DNA of 64,000 bases from Gaiella sp. (GCA_036556865.1 DATBIQ010000138.1:1441-65440); one strand, 5' to 3'; positions 20,372 through 33,895 are shown, counted from the first letter of the stretch. Numbers and translations are program-made. The notes: generated from the letters alone by a model not told the origin.

Positions 20372-21346
20372 ATGGCCACCCGTGCTTCCCTGATGGACTT
20401 CCAGACGCCGAGGATCGTGTCCGAGGACGCCGACGAGCGCTCCGGCCGGTTCACGATCGAGCCGCTCGACCGCGGCTTCGGCTACACGTTCGGCAACTCG
20501 CTCCGGCGCGTGCTGCTCTCCTCGCTCGAGGGCGCGGCCGTGACCGCCGTGAAGATCGAGGGCGTCGCCCACGAGTTCACGACGCTGCCGGGCGTGCGCG
20601 AGGACGTCACCGACATCATTCTCAACCTGAAGGAGCTCGTCTGCCGGCTCCACGGCGAGTCGCCCGAGATCGAGGTGCACCTCTCGAAGAAGGGTGCGGG
20701 ACCGGTCACGGCCGCCGACATCGAGGCGCCGGCGGACCTCGAGATCCTGAACCCCGAGCTGGAGCTCGCGCACCTGGCGGACAAGGGCAAGCTCGAGATG
20801 ACGCTCACGATCGGCCGTGGCCGCGGCTACGTCCCGGCCGACCAGAACCGCGGCCCGGAGACGACGATCGGCGTGATCCCGATCGACTCGATCTTCTCGC
20901 CCGTGAGGCGCGTCTCCTACGAGGTGGACGCCGCGCGCGTCGGCCAGCGCACCGACTACGACAAGCTCGTGCTCGAGGTGACGACCGACGGCTCGATCGA
21001 GCCGAAGGAGTCGATCGCCCAGGCGGCCGAGATCCTCATCCGGCAGCTGATGATCTTCACCGACCTCGAGCGCATCGAAGGCGCCGGCGACGTCGCCGCC
21101 GCCGAGGCCGAGGTGCAGACCACCTCGCACGGGATGGAGAACTTCCCGATCGAGGAGCTCGAGCTCGGCGTCCGCTCGTACAACTGCCTGAAGCGCGTCG
21201 GGATCGAGACGATCGGCGACCTGACGTCGAAGTCGGAGAACGAGCTCGCTGCGATCCCGAACTTCGGCCGCAAGTCGATCGAGGAGGTGCGCGAGACCCT
21301 GGCCGCGCACGGCCTGACGCTCAAGGGCGAGGACCTTCCGCAGTAG
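20372..21346 (+). CDS. rpoA: RNA polymerase alpha subunit
   Basis: [31 protein letters not shown] alpha-CTD. Confidence 0.98.
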   Translation: MATRASLMDFQTPRIVSEDADERSGRFTIEPLDRGFGYTFGNSLRRVLLSSLEGAAVTAVKIEGVAHEFTTLPGVREDVTDIILNLKELVCRLHGESPEIEVHLSKKGAGPVTAADIEAPADLEILNPELELAHLADKGKLEMTLTIGRGRGYVPADQNRGPETTIGVIPIDSIFSPVRRVSYEVDAARVGQRTDYDKLVLEVTTDGSIEPKESIAQAAEILIRQLMIFTDLERIEGAGDVAAAEAEVQTTSHGMENFPIEELELGVRSYNCLKRVGIETIGDLTSKSENELAAIPNFGRKSIEEVRETLAAHGLTLKGEDLPQ

Positions 21347-21348
21347 CG

Positions 21349-21717
21349 ATGAGGCACGCGAAGGCAGGCAAGAAGCTCGGCCGCGACTCGGCGCACCGCA
21401 AGGCGCTGTACTCGAACCTCGCCGGTGCGCTGATCACGCACGGCCGGATCGAGACGACCGAGGCGAAGGCCAAGGCGGTCAAGCCGTTCGCGGAGAAGAT
21501 GATCACGCTCGGCAAGCGGGGCGACCTCCACGCGCGGCGCCTGGCGATGGCCGAGCTGCGGTCGAACGACGTCGTCCACAAGCTCTTCTCCGACGTGGCG
21601 CCGCGGTTCGCCGAGCGGAACGGCGGCTACACGCGCGTGGTCAAGCTCGGCCCGCGGCAGGGCGACGCGGCGAGCATGGCGCTGCTCGAGCTCGTCGACT
21701 TCGATCCGGCCGCGTAG
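21349..21717 (+). CDS. rplQ: 50S ribosomal protein L17
   Basis: [20 protein letters not shown]...GGYTR. Confidence 0.98.
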   Translation: MRHAKAGKKLGRDSAHRKALYSNLAGALITHGRIETTEAKAKAVKPFAEKMITLGKRGDLHARRLAMAELRSNDVVHKLFSDVAPRFAERNGGYTRVVKLGPRQGDAASMALLELVDFDPAA

Positions 21718-21727
21718 CGGGCTGTAG

Positions 21728-21758
21728 GCTGGTGTCCGACTTCGAGTCGGACACCAGC
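21728..21758 (+). terminator. Hairpin after rplQ, probable terminator
   Basis: GCTGGTGTCCGACT-tcg-AGTCGGACACCAGC, 14-bp stem, no U tract. Confidence 0.6.
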
Positions 21759-21780
21759 GGCTCACCCGTAGGCTCCAGGC

Positions 21781-22104
21781 GTGCTCACGATCATCGCGAT
21801 CGCGCTGGCTCTGACGGTGCTCCCCGCGCCGTGGGGCTGGATCGCGGTCGTGACGGCCGCGGCGATCGACGTCGCGGAGACCGCGTTCTTCGTCCGCTGG
21901 TCGAAGCGGCGGCGTGCGACCGTCGGAGCGGAGACGCTCGTGGGCCGCACTGCCGTCGTCGTTCGTGCGCTCGCGCCGCAGGGGCAGGTGAAGCTCGACG
22001 GTGAGGTCTGGCAGGCCCGTGCCTCCGTCGACCTGCTGCCGGGCGACGAGGTCGTCGTCACCGCGATCGACGGCCTCCTGCTCGAGGTCGAACCGCGCAA
22101 GTGA
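21781..22104 (+). CDS. NfeD-like C-terminal domain membrane protein
   Basis: TM N-terminus; LVGRTAVV...GQVKLDGEVWQA...GLLLEVEP. Confidence 0.85.
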   Translation: MLTIIAIALALTVLPAPWGWIAVVTAAAIDVAETAFFVRWSKRRRATVGAETLVGRTAVVVRALAPQGQVKLDGEVWQARASVDLLPGDEVVVTAIDGLLLEVEPRK

Positions 22105-22125
22105 CACTGTGTTACAAGCAACGGC

Positions 22126-22869
22126 GTGCGGACGCTGCGACTGACGCTCGAGTACGACGGGACGGGATTCCGGGGCTGGGCGCGGCAGCCGGGTGAGCGG
22201 ACCGTCGAGGGGGCGCTGCGCGACGCCCTCGATGCGGTGGTGCCGGGATGGAGCGGGCTCGCCGTGGCGGGACGGACCGACGCCGGCGTCCACGCCACGG
22301 GCCAGATCGCGAGCCTCGACGTCGATGGCGGGCCGCCGGCCGAGCGGCTGGCCGAGGCGCTCAACACCGCGCTGCCGCACGACGTGGCCGTCGTCGCGGC
22401 CGAGGAGGCTCCGGAGGGATTCCATGCGCGCTTCTCGGCGACCGCACGCTCCTACCGCTACGTCGTCCTCGCTCGGCGCGAGCGCGCGCCGCTCCGCGCG
22501 CGGCGCGCGCTCTGGTGGCCGCGCCCTGTCGACGACGACGCTCTCGCGGCGTGCGCGGCAGCCGTGGTCGGCGAGCACGACTTCACGGCCTTCACCCCGA
22601 CCGAGACGCAGCACGAGGTGTTCCGCCGCGAGATCCGCGCGGCGGACTGGCGGCGCGTGGGCGACGAGCTGCACTTCACCGTGACCGCGAACTCGTTCCT
22701 CCGCCACATGGTGCGGACGCTCGTCGGGACGATGCTGGAGCGCGATCCCGATGCCTTCCGCGCGTTGCTCCGAGGTCGGCCCCGATCGGAGGCCGGCCCG
22801 ACGGCGCCTCCCTGGGGGCTCTATCTCGAGCGGGTCGAGTACGGGGTCCGGCACCCGCAGGGTGCCTGA
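22126..22869 (+). CDS. truA: tRNA pseudouridine(38-40) synthase
   Basis: [26 protein letters not shown]. Confidence 0.96.
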   Translation: MRTLRLTLEYDGTGFRGWARQPGERTVEGALRDALDAVVPGWSGLAVAGRTDAGVHATGQIASLDVDGGPPAERLAEALNTALPHDVAVVAAEEAPEGFHARFSATARSYRYVVLARRERAPLRARRALWWPRPVDDDALAACAAAVVGEHDFTAFTPTETQHEVFRREIRAADWRRVGDELHFTVTANSFLRHMVRTLVGTMLERDPDAFRALLRGRPRSEAGPTAPPWGLYLERVEYGVRHPQGA

Positions 22870-22934
22870 CACCAGCGGCGCCTCGGGACCGCCGCAAGCG
22901 TCGCTGGGGACAGGCACCTCCGGTGCCAGTCCCC
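22843..22934. repeat. Two REP-like imperfect palindromes (GGCACC...GGTGCC core)
   Basis: GGGGTCCGGCACC-cgcag-GGTGCCTGACACC and GGGGACAGGCACC-tcc-GGTGCCAGTCCCC. Confidence 0.65.
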
Positions 22935-22951
22935 TGGCTACGATCGCCGGC

Positions 22952-26788
<3,837 letters not shown>

Positions 26789-26793
26789 GGCGT

Positions 26794-27807
26794 CTAACGG
26801 TAGACGGTGATCGTGACGGTGCGCCGCCCCCACGCCCGCGCGGCCGCGGTGCTCGGCATCCAGAGGTCGATGATCCCGCCCCGGATCGCGGAGCCGACGT
26901 CCGCCGCCACCGCCGAGCCGTACCCGGGCACGAAGACGCGGGTCCCGAGCGGGATGACCGCCGGGTCGACGGCGATCACGCCGACGCCGACCGGAAGGCC
27001 GCTCGCCGTGCGCCCGGGAAGGTGGTAGGCGACCGCATCGACGACGAGCGTCCGGGCTCCCACGGCGTCGGCGGTGGCCGCGCGCGCGCTCGTCGGAGCG
27101 GCTTCGGCGGCCGCAGCGGGCGGAGTCGTGGTCCGCGATAGCCTCACCGACGCGCGCTGTGCCGCCCTCGCGCGCGCCTCGAGCTGCGCGATGCGCGCCT
27201 CGGTCAGATGCCGGTGCCCACGGATCCGCACGATCGTCTGACGACGGGCGTCCGCCGCAGCTGCGCTCGCCGCCAGCGCAGAGCGAGCGCGACGCTCGGC
27301 GGGCCCGAGCTCCGTTCGCGCACGCGCGAGGCGCTCGAGCCTTTCCTGGAGCCGACGCGCGTAGCCCCTCGCCTGCGCCGCCAGGTCGCGATTTCGCCCC
27401 GTCGCACGTTCGAGCTCGTCGATCCCGGCCAGCATCCCGGAGAAGGACCGCGCGCCCAGCAGCACGGCGACGGGCTCGGCCTCGCCGTCGGCGTAGAGAC
27501 GACGCAGGAGGGTCGCGATCCTGGCGTTCGTGGCGTCGAGCGAGGCGCGGACGATCGCGGCGTGCGTCCGCGCACGCTCGAGCGACGCCTCGAGCGCGAG
27601 CCGTCGTCGCTCGAGCCGCGAGGCCTCGCTGCGCGCGCGGGCGACCGACGACTCGGCTGCGTACAGCTCGAGGAGTGCGGAGCGCTCGGCTGCGACGAGC
27701 GAGGCGAGACGGGCATCCGAGGGCGACGCCCCGGGGGCCGCTCCGGACGTCCAGCCGAGGAGCGCGACCGCGACGCACGGCACGAGATATCGCGCACTCC
27801 GCCGCAC
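26794..27807 (-). CDS. Secreted coiled-coil + 3D domain cell-wall protein
   Basis: TASG...IAVDPAVIPLGT...AADVGSAIRGGIIDLW. Confidence 0.88.
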   Translation of the reverse strand: MRRSARYLVPCVAVALLGWTSGAAPGASPSDARLASLVAAERSALLELYAAESSVARARSEASRLERRRLALEASLERARTHAAIVRASLDATNARIATLLRRLYADGEAEPVAVLLGARSFSGMLAGIDELERATGRNRDLAAQARGYARRLQERLERLARARTELGPAERRARSALAASAAAADARRQTIVRIRGHRHLTEARIAQLEARARAAQRASVRLSRTTTPPAAAAEAAPTSARAATADAVGARTLVVDAVAYHLPGRTASGLPVGVGVIAVDPAVIPLGTRVFVPGYGSAVAADVGSAIRGGIIDLWMPSTAAARAWGRRTVTITVYR

Positions 27808-27961
27808 AGGGCGAAGGACCGTACCAGACGAATCAGGGCTGTTTGCAGAGATTTTCGCGTCGGTTGGCCGTGCAGCCGTCGTGTGGCGCTGCTAGGCTCC
27901 CCGACTTGTGGCCGGTGACCCCACCATCGGCGGGCCCGTCGTCGGGCGAGAGAGACGCGGC

Positions 27962-29116
27962 ATGACCCACCTCTCGCGACGTCGGATTCCACTCCTCCTC
28001 CTTCCGCTGGCGGCGCTCGCGGCGTTCCTGGTCGTGGCCACGGGACCGGCGACCGCCGACCCCTCGATCAGCTCCAAGCGCCAGCAGGCACAGGCGATCA
28101 TGGGGCAGATCCGGGAGCTGGACTCGAGCCTCTCGCACGCGATCGAGTCCTACAACCTCGCGAACATCCAGCTCGACCAGCTGGACGCCGACCTGAAGAC
28201 GAACGGGCGTCACCTCGTGATCGCCAGGTCGAGCCTCGGCGTCGCGCAGACCCACATCGCCAAGCGGCTCCGCGCCCTGTACATCAACGGTGACTCGGGC
28301 GGCGCCGTCGAGGTGATCCTCGGCGCGAAGAGCCTCGACGACCTCCTTGACCGCCTCGACATGGCGCAGCGCGTCGGGGGCCAGGACGCGCAGGTGCTGA
28401 CGGACGTCCGGCGGTTCCGGAACGAGGTGCAGACGCGGCGGGCGAAGCTGCGCACCGACCGTGCGCGGCAGGCACAGGTGGTCGCCGAGCGCGCGTCCCG
28501 CAAGCGCTGGATCGAGGGGAAGCTCGGAGAGCGACAGCGGCTGCTCGCGTCCGTCAAGGACGAGATCGTCCGCATGGAGGCTGCGGAACGACGTCGCCAG
28601 GCACAGCTCGAGGCGCAGGCACGCGCCCGCCTCGAGGCGCAGTCGGCCGCTCGGCAGTCGGCCAGACAGCAGGCGCTCGAGCTCTCGTCCGGGTCGACGA
28701 GCGACTACCCGGGCGACGCGGCGCTCGCGTCCTCCTCCTCGACGCCGGCGCCGCCGGCGAAGTACGGGGGCGTCGTCGGCATCGCGATGCAGTACCTCGG
28801 CGTTCCCTATGTCTGGGGCGGCGCCAGTCCGTCGGGCTTCGACTGCTCCGGTCTCACGATGTACGTCTATGCGCAGATCGGGATCTCGCTGCCCCACAAC
28901 GCGGCGATGCAGTACAACTCGGTCGGCGTCCCCGTCTCGAGGAGCGAGCTGGCGCCCGGTGACCTCGTCTTTTTCGACGGCCTCGGGCACATGGGCATGT
29001 ACATCGGCGGCGGGCAGTTCATCCACGCGCCGCACACCGGTGACGTCGTCAAGATCTCGAGCCTCTCCGACTCCTGGTACGCGTCGACCTACGTCGGCGC
29101 GAAGCGCGTCACCTGA
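27962..29116 (+). CDS. Coiled-coil + NlpC/P60 peptidoglycan endopeptidase (CwlO/RipA-like)
   Basis: YLGVPYVWGG, FDCSGL, GHMGMY. Confidence 0.93.
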   Translation: MTHLSRRRIPLLLLPLAALAAFLVVATGPATADPSISSKRQQAQAIMGQIRELDSSLSHAIESYNLANIQLDQLDADLKTNGRHLVIARSSLGVAQTHIAKRLRALYINGDSGGAVEVILGAKSLDDLLDRLDMAQRVGGQDAQVLTDVRRFRNEVQTRRAKLRTDRARQAQVVAERASRKRWIEGKLGERQRLLASVKDEIVRMEAAERRRQAQLEAQARARLEAQSAARQSARQQALELSSGSTSDYPGDAALASSSSTPAPPAKYGGVVGIAMQYLGVPYVWGGASPSGFDCSGLTMYVYAQIGISLPHNAAMQYNSVGVPVSRSELAPGDLVFFDGLGHMGMYIGGGQFIHAPHTGDVVKISSLSDSWYASTYVGAKRVT

Positions 29117-29132
29117 CCGCCTGACGGGCGCC

Positions 29133-30917
29133 CTAGGGCCTTCCGGCCGGTGCCTCGGTGCCGTCGTACAGCGCGTCGACCTCGTCGGCGAAGTGGTCGA
29201 GGACGACGCGGCGCTTCAGCTTGAGCGTCGGAGTCACCTCGCCGTGCTCCATCTCGAAGTCCCGCGGCAGGATCGCGAAGCGCTTGACCTGCTCGTAGCG
29301 GGAGCGCTCGCGGTTGACGTCGGCGACGATGCCGGCGACGAGCTCGGTCACCCTCGGATCGCGCGCCAGGCTCGCCATGTCTCCCTCGATCCCCTGCTCG
29401 GCGGCCCAGCGCTCGATCTCCGTCGCGTCGAGCGTGATGAGCGCCGCCGGGAACGGCCGGCGGTCGCCCACGACCATCGCCTGTGAGACGAACGGCGACG
29501 TCTTGAGGTCGTTCTCGAGGTTCTGCGGGGCGATGTTCTTGCCGCCGGCGGTGACGAGGATGTCCTTCTTGCGGTCGGTGATCGTCACGAAGCCCTCGTC
29601 GTCGATCGATGCGATGTCACCGCTCGCGAGCCAGCCGTCGTCGCTCAGGACGGCGGCGGTGGCCTCGGGCTCCTTGTAGTACCCCGCGAAGACCGTCTCG
29701 CTCCGGATGAGGAGCTCGCCGTCCTCGGCGAGGCGGAGCTCGAAGCCGGGCAGCGCCGGGCCGACCGTGCCGAACCTGTAGCGGTCGTGGCGGTTCGTCG
29801 TGGCAGCCGTCGTGCATTCGGTGAGGCCGTAGCCCTCGAGGATCGTGATCCCGAGCGCGTCGAAGAGCTCGGCGATCTCCTTCGCGAGCGGGGCACCGCC
29901 CGAGATCGGCCGCCGGAGGCGGCCGCCGAGGCGCTCCTTCACCTTCGAGAAGACGAGCCGCTCCGCGAGACGATGCTGCAGCGCGAGCCCGAACGGGAGC
30001 GGCCGGCCCTGCTGCCGGAGCGCGCTCTCCCGGTACCCGACGGCGAGCGCCCAGTCGACGAGCTTGCGCTTGACGCCCGTCGCCTGCGCGAAGGTCGACG
30101 TGACGGCCGTGTGCACCTTCTCGTAGACCCGCGGCACGCTCGGGAGGATCGTCGGCCGCACCTGCGGCAGCGCCCGTGCGACGTCGAGCGGGTCGGCCAC
30201 GAACGCGATCGTGTAGCCCACGTACGGGCCGGAGAGGTGCATCAGGCGGCCGAAGTTGTGCGCGAGCGGCAGGTAGAGCAGCATCACGTCGCCCGGCGCG
30301 CTGTGGTCGGGCAGCTCGTCGACCGTCGCGACCATCGCGTAGTAGTTGCGATGGCGGATCATGCAGCCCTTGGGCGGACCCGTCGTGCCCGACGTGTAGA
30401 TGAACGTGAAGAGGTCTTCCTCGTCGATCGAGGCGACGGCGTCCGCGAGCGCATTCGGGTGCGCCTCCCGGTAGGCGCGGCCCTCGTCCTCGAGCGCAGG
30501 GAGGTCGTCGCACGTGAGCACCTGGCGCAGCCCGGGGAGATCGGCGCGTCCGGCCTCGACCTTCGAGCGCTGCGCCTCGTCCTCGCACAGCACACCGACG
30601 GACTCGGAGTGCTCGAGGACGTAGTGCACGTCGTGGGCCGACGAGTTCGCGTAGATCGCGGCGCCGACCGCGCCGACGTGCGCGAGCGCGAAGTCGAACA
30701 GGGCCCATTCGAGCGAATTCCGCGCCAGGATCGCGAACGCGTCGCCCTTCCGCACGCCGCGCGCGAGAAGGCCGTTCGCGAGCAGCTCGACGCGCTCGGC
30801 CGCTTCGGGCCAGGTGACCTCGCGCCACGTCTCACCCTCGTCGACGAGGTAGGCCGTGCCGGTGTTGCGTGCGACGGCGTCGCGCCACAGCCGTGCAATG
30901 GTGCGATTTCCTGCCAT
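29133..30917 (-). CDS. Long-chain fatty acid-CoA ligase
   Basis: YTSGTTGPPKG, EGYGLTE, TPTLKLKR. Confidence 0.92.
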   Translation of the reverse strand: MAGNRTIARLWRDAVARNTGTAYLVDEGETWREVTWPEAAERVELLANGLLARGVRKGDAFAILARNSLEWALFDFALAHVGAVGAAIYANSSAHDVHYVLEHSESVGVLCEDEAQRSKVEAGRADLPGLRQVLTCDDLPALEDEGRAYREAHPNALADAVASIDEEDLFTFIYTSGTTGPPKGCMIRHRNYYAMVATVDELPDHSAPGDVMLLYLPLAHNFGRLMHLSGPYVGYTIAFVADPLDVARALPQVRPTILPSVPRVYEKVHTAVTSTFAQATGVKRKLVDWALAVGYRESALRQQGRPLPFGLALQHRLAERLVFSKVKERLGGRLRRPISGGAPLAKEIAELFDALGITILEGYGLTECTTAATTNRHDRYRFGTVGPALPGFELRLAEDGELLIRSETVFAGYYKEPEATAAVLSDDGWLASGDIASIDDEGFVTITDRKKDILVTAGGKNIAPQNLENDLKTSPFVSQAMVVGDRRPFPAALITLDATEIERWAAEQGIEGDMASLARDPRVTELVAGIVADVNRERSRYEQVKRFAILPRDFEMEHGEVTPTLKLKRRVVLDHFADEVDALYDGTEAPAGRP

Positions 30918-30992
30918 TACTGGGCAGAGTAGTCGGAGGGAACGGCCCGCAGACACCGAATCCCGACCTCCGCCCCATAGACTGGGAGGAAC

Positions 30993-31862
30993 ATGCGCGT
31001 CACCTGGAACGGATCGTTGAGCTTCGGCCTCGTGAGCATCCCCGTCGGGCTCGCGCCCGCGACGAAGCCCGCCGCACGGCAGTCGGACGTCTCGTTCCGC
31101 CTGCTGCACCGCGAGTGCCTGACGCCGATCAGGCAGAAGCGCTGGTGCCCGAAGCACGACCGGGAGGTGCTGCCGGACGAGCTCGTGAAGGGCTGGGAGG
31201 TCGCGAAGGGGCAGTTCGTCGTCGTCGAGGAGGCCGAGCTCGAGGCGCTCGAGCGCCACGACGACTCGCGCACGATCGCGATCGAGCGCTTCGTGCCGCT
31301 TGCGGACGTCGACCCCGTCTGGATGGACCGGACCTACTTCCTCGTCCCGGGGGCCGCGCCGGCGCAGCGCAGGCCGTACAAGCTGCTGCTCGAGGCGATG
31401 GAGGAGGCCGGCGTGGGCGCGATCGGCCGCTTCGTGCGCTCCGGGCGCGAGTCGCTCTGCCTCGTCCGCACGCGTGGCAGCGGCCTCGTGCTCGAGACGA
31501 TGTACCTCGTCGAGGACGTCTACTCGCAGGCGGAGATCGACGAGGCGATGGCCGAGACCGAGGTGAAGGGCAACGAGCTCGACCTCGCACGTCAGATCGT
31601 GCAGGGCCTCGCGGCGGACTTCGACCCGTCCGAGCTCGCGAGCGACTACCGCCGCGACCTGCGGACGCTCCTCGAGGCGAAGCTGGCGGGCGAGGAGATC
31701 ACCGCTCCCGAGCCTGCCGAGGAGCCCGCGCCCGCAGTCGACCTGATCGAGGCGCTCAAGGCGAGCGTTGCGGCCGCGAAGGCGTCGTCGGCGCGTCCCA
31801 AGAAGGCCGCGCCGAAGCAGTCCGCGACGAAGCGCCCTGCGCGGAGGGCCGCGCGCAAGTAG
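30993..31862 (+). CDS. ku: Non-homologous end joining protein Ku
   Basis: WNGSLSFGLVSIPV, ELVKGWE, VDLIEALKASV, basic tail. Confidence 0.93.
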   Translation: MRVTWNGSLSFGLVSIPVGLAPATKPAARQSDVSFRLLHRECLTPIRQKRWCPKHDREVLPDELVKGWEVAKGQFVVVEEAELEALERHDDSRTIAIERFVPLADVDPVWMDRTYFLVPGAAPAQRRPYKLLLEAMEEAGVGAIGRFVRSGRESLCLVRTRGSGLVLETMYLVEDVYSQAEIDEAMAETEVKGNELDLARQIVQGLAADFDPSELASDYRRDLRTLLEAKLAGEEITAPEPAEEPAPAVDLIEALKASVAAAKASSARPKKAAPKQSATKRPARRAARK

Positions 31863-31921
31863 ACGTCGACGTGACGAGGGGCCCTCCCGGGCCCCTCGAG
31901 AACGCTCACGTGGCTCGGCGG

Positions 31922-32095
31922 CTAGTGCGCTGCCGCCTGCGACGCTCCGACGGCCTGCAGCTGGGCCTGGAAGAGATGCTTGTCGATCTTTCCCTGGTAG
32001 ATCGGCACTCCTTCCTCGATGCAGAGCCTGATGACCGCCTCGCGGTCCATGTTGAGCTCCTTCGCGAGCTCGTCGGGCGTCAGGTGATTCGCCAT
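31922..32095 (-). CDS. Small 57-aa helix-turn-helix-like protein
   Basis: MANHLTPDELAKELNMDREAVIRLCIEEGVPIYQGKIDKHLF; GGAGG RBS. Confidence 0.8.
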   Translation of the reverse strand: MANHLTPDELAKELNMDREAVIRLCIEEGVPIYQGKIDKHLFQAQLQAVGASQAAAH

Positions 32096-32120
32096 CGACC
32101 GTGTCCTCCCTCGCGCCACG

Positions 32121-32157
32121 AAAAAGCCCGCCGACGCGACTGCGTGCAGGCGGGCTT
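32121..32157 (-). terminator. Intrinsic terminator within the 5' leader of the 57-aa gene
   Basis: Minus strand AAGCCCGCC-loop-GGCGGGCTTTTT. Confidence 0.7.
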
Positions 32158-32185
32158 CATGTGCGCTCCTCGTTCGCGGCGGGGG

Positions 32186-32215
32186 TCAACGGGCCCGCCT
32201 CCCGAAAACGCTCAT
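32186..32215 (-). CDS. Putative leader peptide MSVFGRRAR
   Basis: ATG 9 nt after TATCCT -10, upstream of terminator; overlaps a pairing segment. Confidence 0.45.
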   Translation of the reverse strand: MSVFGRRAR

Positions 32216-32224
32216 CGTGCACTC

Positions 32225-32254
32225 AGGATAGACGGTCGCCCTGGCGGTCCGCAA
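32225..32254 (-). promoter_or_regulatory. Putative sigma70 promoter TTGCGG-18-TATCCT
   Basis: Read directly on minus strand. Confidence 0.6.
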
Positions 32255-32271
32255 TCCGCACCCGCGGGCCC

Positions 32272-33012
32272 TCAGACCGGGTTCTCGACCTCGACGAACT
32301 GCCAGTCGAGCCCGAAGCGCCCTGCGAGCTCCGCCGCGAGGGCCTGGACGCCGAAGCGCTCCGTCGCGTGGTGGCCGCCCGCGAGCAGGTGGATCCCGAG
32401 CTCGCGGGCGGTCGCGGCGCTCGGCTCCTCGGGCTCGCCCGTGAGCAGCGCGTCGTAGCCCTCGTGCGCGGCGAGGACGAGGTCGTGCCCCGCAGCTCCG
32501 GTGGAGACGGCGAGTCGCTCGATCGGCCGCTCGTCCCCGCGGAGCACGAGCGGCGCGCGGCCGACCACCTCGGCGACGCGCGCCGACAGCTCGTCGACGG
32601 AGACCGGATCGATCGTGCAGCCTTGCCCGACCCCGCCGAACGGCCCGGTCGGCACGGCGCCGATGCGCCGTGCGAGCTGTGCGTTGTTGCCGAGGGTCGG
32701 GTGCGCGTCGAGCGCGAGGTGGTAGGCGACGAGCGACGCGTTGCCGCGGAAGAGCGCCTCGAGCCGTCCCCGCAGCCGCGCGTCGACGACGAGCGGCTCG
32801 TTCCGCCAGAAGAGGCCGTGATGGACGAGCACGAGCTCGGCGCCGAGCTCGACCGCCGTCTCGAAGAGCTCGCGGGACGACGAGACGCCGCAGGCGATCG
32901 AGGTCACCTCGGCGGAGCCGACGACCTGGAGCCCCTGCGGCGCGAACTCGGGGAAGCGCTCGATCTCGAGGAGCTCGTTCGCGTGCCGGACGATCTCGTC
33001 GCGCCCCGCCAT
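32272..33012 (-). CDS. Nif3-like dinuclear metal center protein
   Basis: LVHHGLFW, YHLALDAH..LGNN, TGE, GHHATE. Confidence 0.92.
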   Translation of the reverse strand: MAGRDEIVRHANELLEIERFPEFAPQGLQVVGSAEVTSIACGVSSSRELFETAVELGAELVLVHHGLFWRNEPLVVDARLRGRLEALFRGNASLVAYHLALDAHPTLGNNAQLARRIGAVPTGPFGGVGQGCTIDPVSVDELSARVAEVVGRAPLVLRGDERPIERLAVSTGAAGHDLVLAAHEGYDALLTGEPEEPSAATARELGIHLLAGGHHATERFGVQALAAELAGRFGLDWQFVEVENPV

Positions 33013-33036
33013 TCCGGACCGAGTCTACGGCGTGGT

Positions 33037-33063
33037 CGTGGGGGAACCACGGGTTCCCCCACG
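33037..33063. repeat. Perfect hairpin downstream of tRNA (terminator or REP-like)
   Basis: CGTGGGGGAACC-acg-GGTTCCCCCACG. Confidence 0.7.
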
Positions 33064-33068
33064 CCCGA

Positions 33069-33142
33069 TCGGGGTGCCCAGATTTGAACTGGGGACCTCT
33101 CCGACCCGAACGGAGCGCGCTACCAGGCTGCGCCACACCCCG
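33069..33142 (-). tRNA. tRNA-Pro(CGG); CCA not encoded
   Basis: CGGGGTG acceptor, D-arm TGGCGCAGCCTGGTAGCGC, anticodon arm CTCCG-TTCGGGT-CGGAG, T-loop GTTCAAAT. Confidence 0.96.
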
Positions 33143-33211
33143 GGGCGCGAAGGGTAGCGGTTTTCGGGGCCGCCTCCCGGCGACGACGGGTACACGACGT
33201 ATCCTCGGACG

Positions 33212-33889
33212 ATGCTCCGCGCGGTGCTGCTCGACGTCGATTTCACGCTCTTCCGGCCCGGGCCCGAGCTGGGGCCGGCCGGCTACGAGCGTGTCGGCGC
33301 CCGCCACGGGCTGACACTCGACCCCGACCGGCACACGAGCGCCCGGGAGGCAGCGCTGTCGGAGCTCCAGCGGCATCCGGAGCTCGTCCACGACGAGGAG
33401 ATCTGGATCCGGTTCACCGAGGCGATCGTCGTCGGCATGGGCGGCGACCCCGTCCTCGCGCGGGCGTGCGCGGTCGACCTCGTGCGCCAGTGGGAGCAAC
33501 ACGAGAACTTCTTCCTCTACGAGGACGCGTTGCCGGCGCTCGGGCTCCTTCGCGAGCACGGCCTGCGCATCGGGCTCGTCTCGAACGGGCAGCGCGATCT
33601 CGACGAGTTCGCGCGGCATCACGGGCTCGACGTCGACGTCTGCGTGGGCTCGCGTACCCACGGGCGCGTGAAGCCGCACCGTTCGATCTTCGAGGCGGCG
33701 CTCGCGGCGCTCGAGGCCGCGCCGGCCGACGCCGCGATGGTGGGCGACAGCTACGCGGACGACATCGAGGGAGCCCGCGCGCTCGGGATGCGCGGGATCC
33801 TCCTCGACCGCGACGGCGCCCACGTCGGCGAGCCCGACCGGATCGACACGCTGCTCGCGCTGCCCGCTGCCCTCGGTCTGGCCGCCTGA
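33212..33889 (+). CDS. HAD family hydrolase
   Basis: LDVDFTL, VSNG, VKPHRSIF, MVGDSYADDIEGA. Confidence 0.9.
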   Translation: MLRAVLLDVDFTLFRPGPELGPAGYERVGARHGLTLDPDRHTSAREAALSELQRHPELVHDEEIWIRFTEAIVVGMGGDPVLARACAVDLVRQWEQHENFFLYEDALPALGLLREHGLRIGLVSNGQRDLDEFARHHGLDVDVCVGSRTHGRVKPHRSIFEAALAALEAAPADAAMVGDSYADDIEGARALGMRGILLDRDGAHVGEPDRIDTLLALPAALGLAA

Positions 33890-33895
33890 GCCCCC

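Noticed and set aside
27808..27961. c-di-AMP (ydaO) riboswitch before cell-wall hydrolases
   Set aside because: Conserved ydaO sequence blocks not recognisable by eye; an Rfam scan would settle it
32272..33012. Nif3 protein as replacement for the missing folE
   Set aside because: The GTP cyclohydrolase label for this family is disputed and the gene is not linked to the fol genes
33069..33142. tRNA-Pro as an integration site
   Set aside because: No integrase and no duplicated tRNA 3' end seen; flanks are housekeeping-type genes
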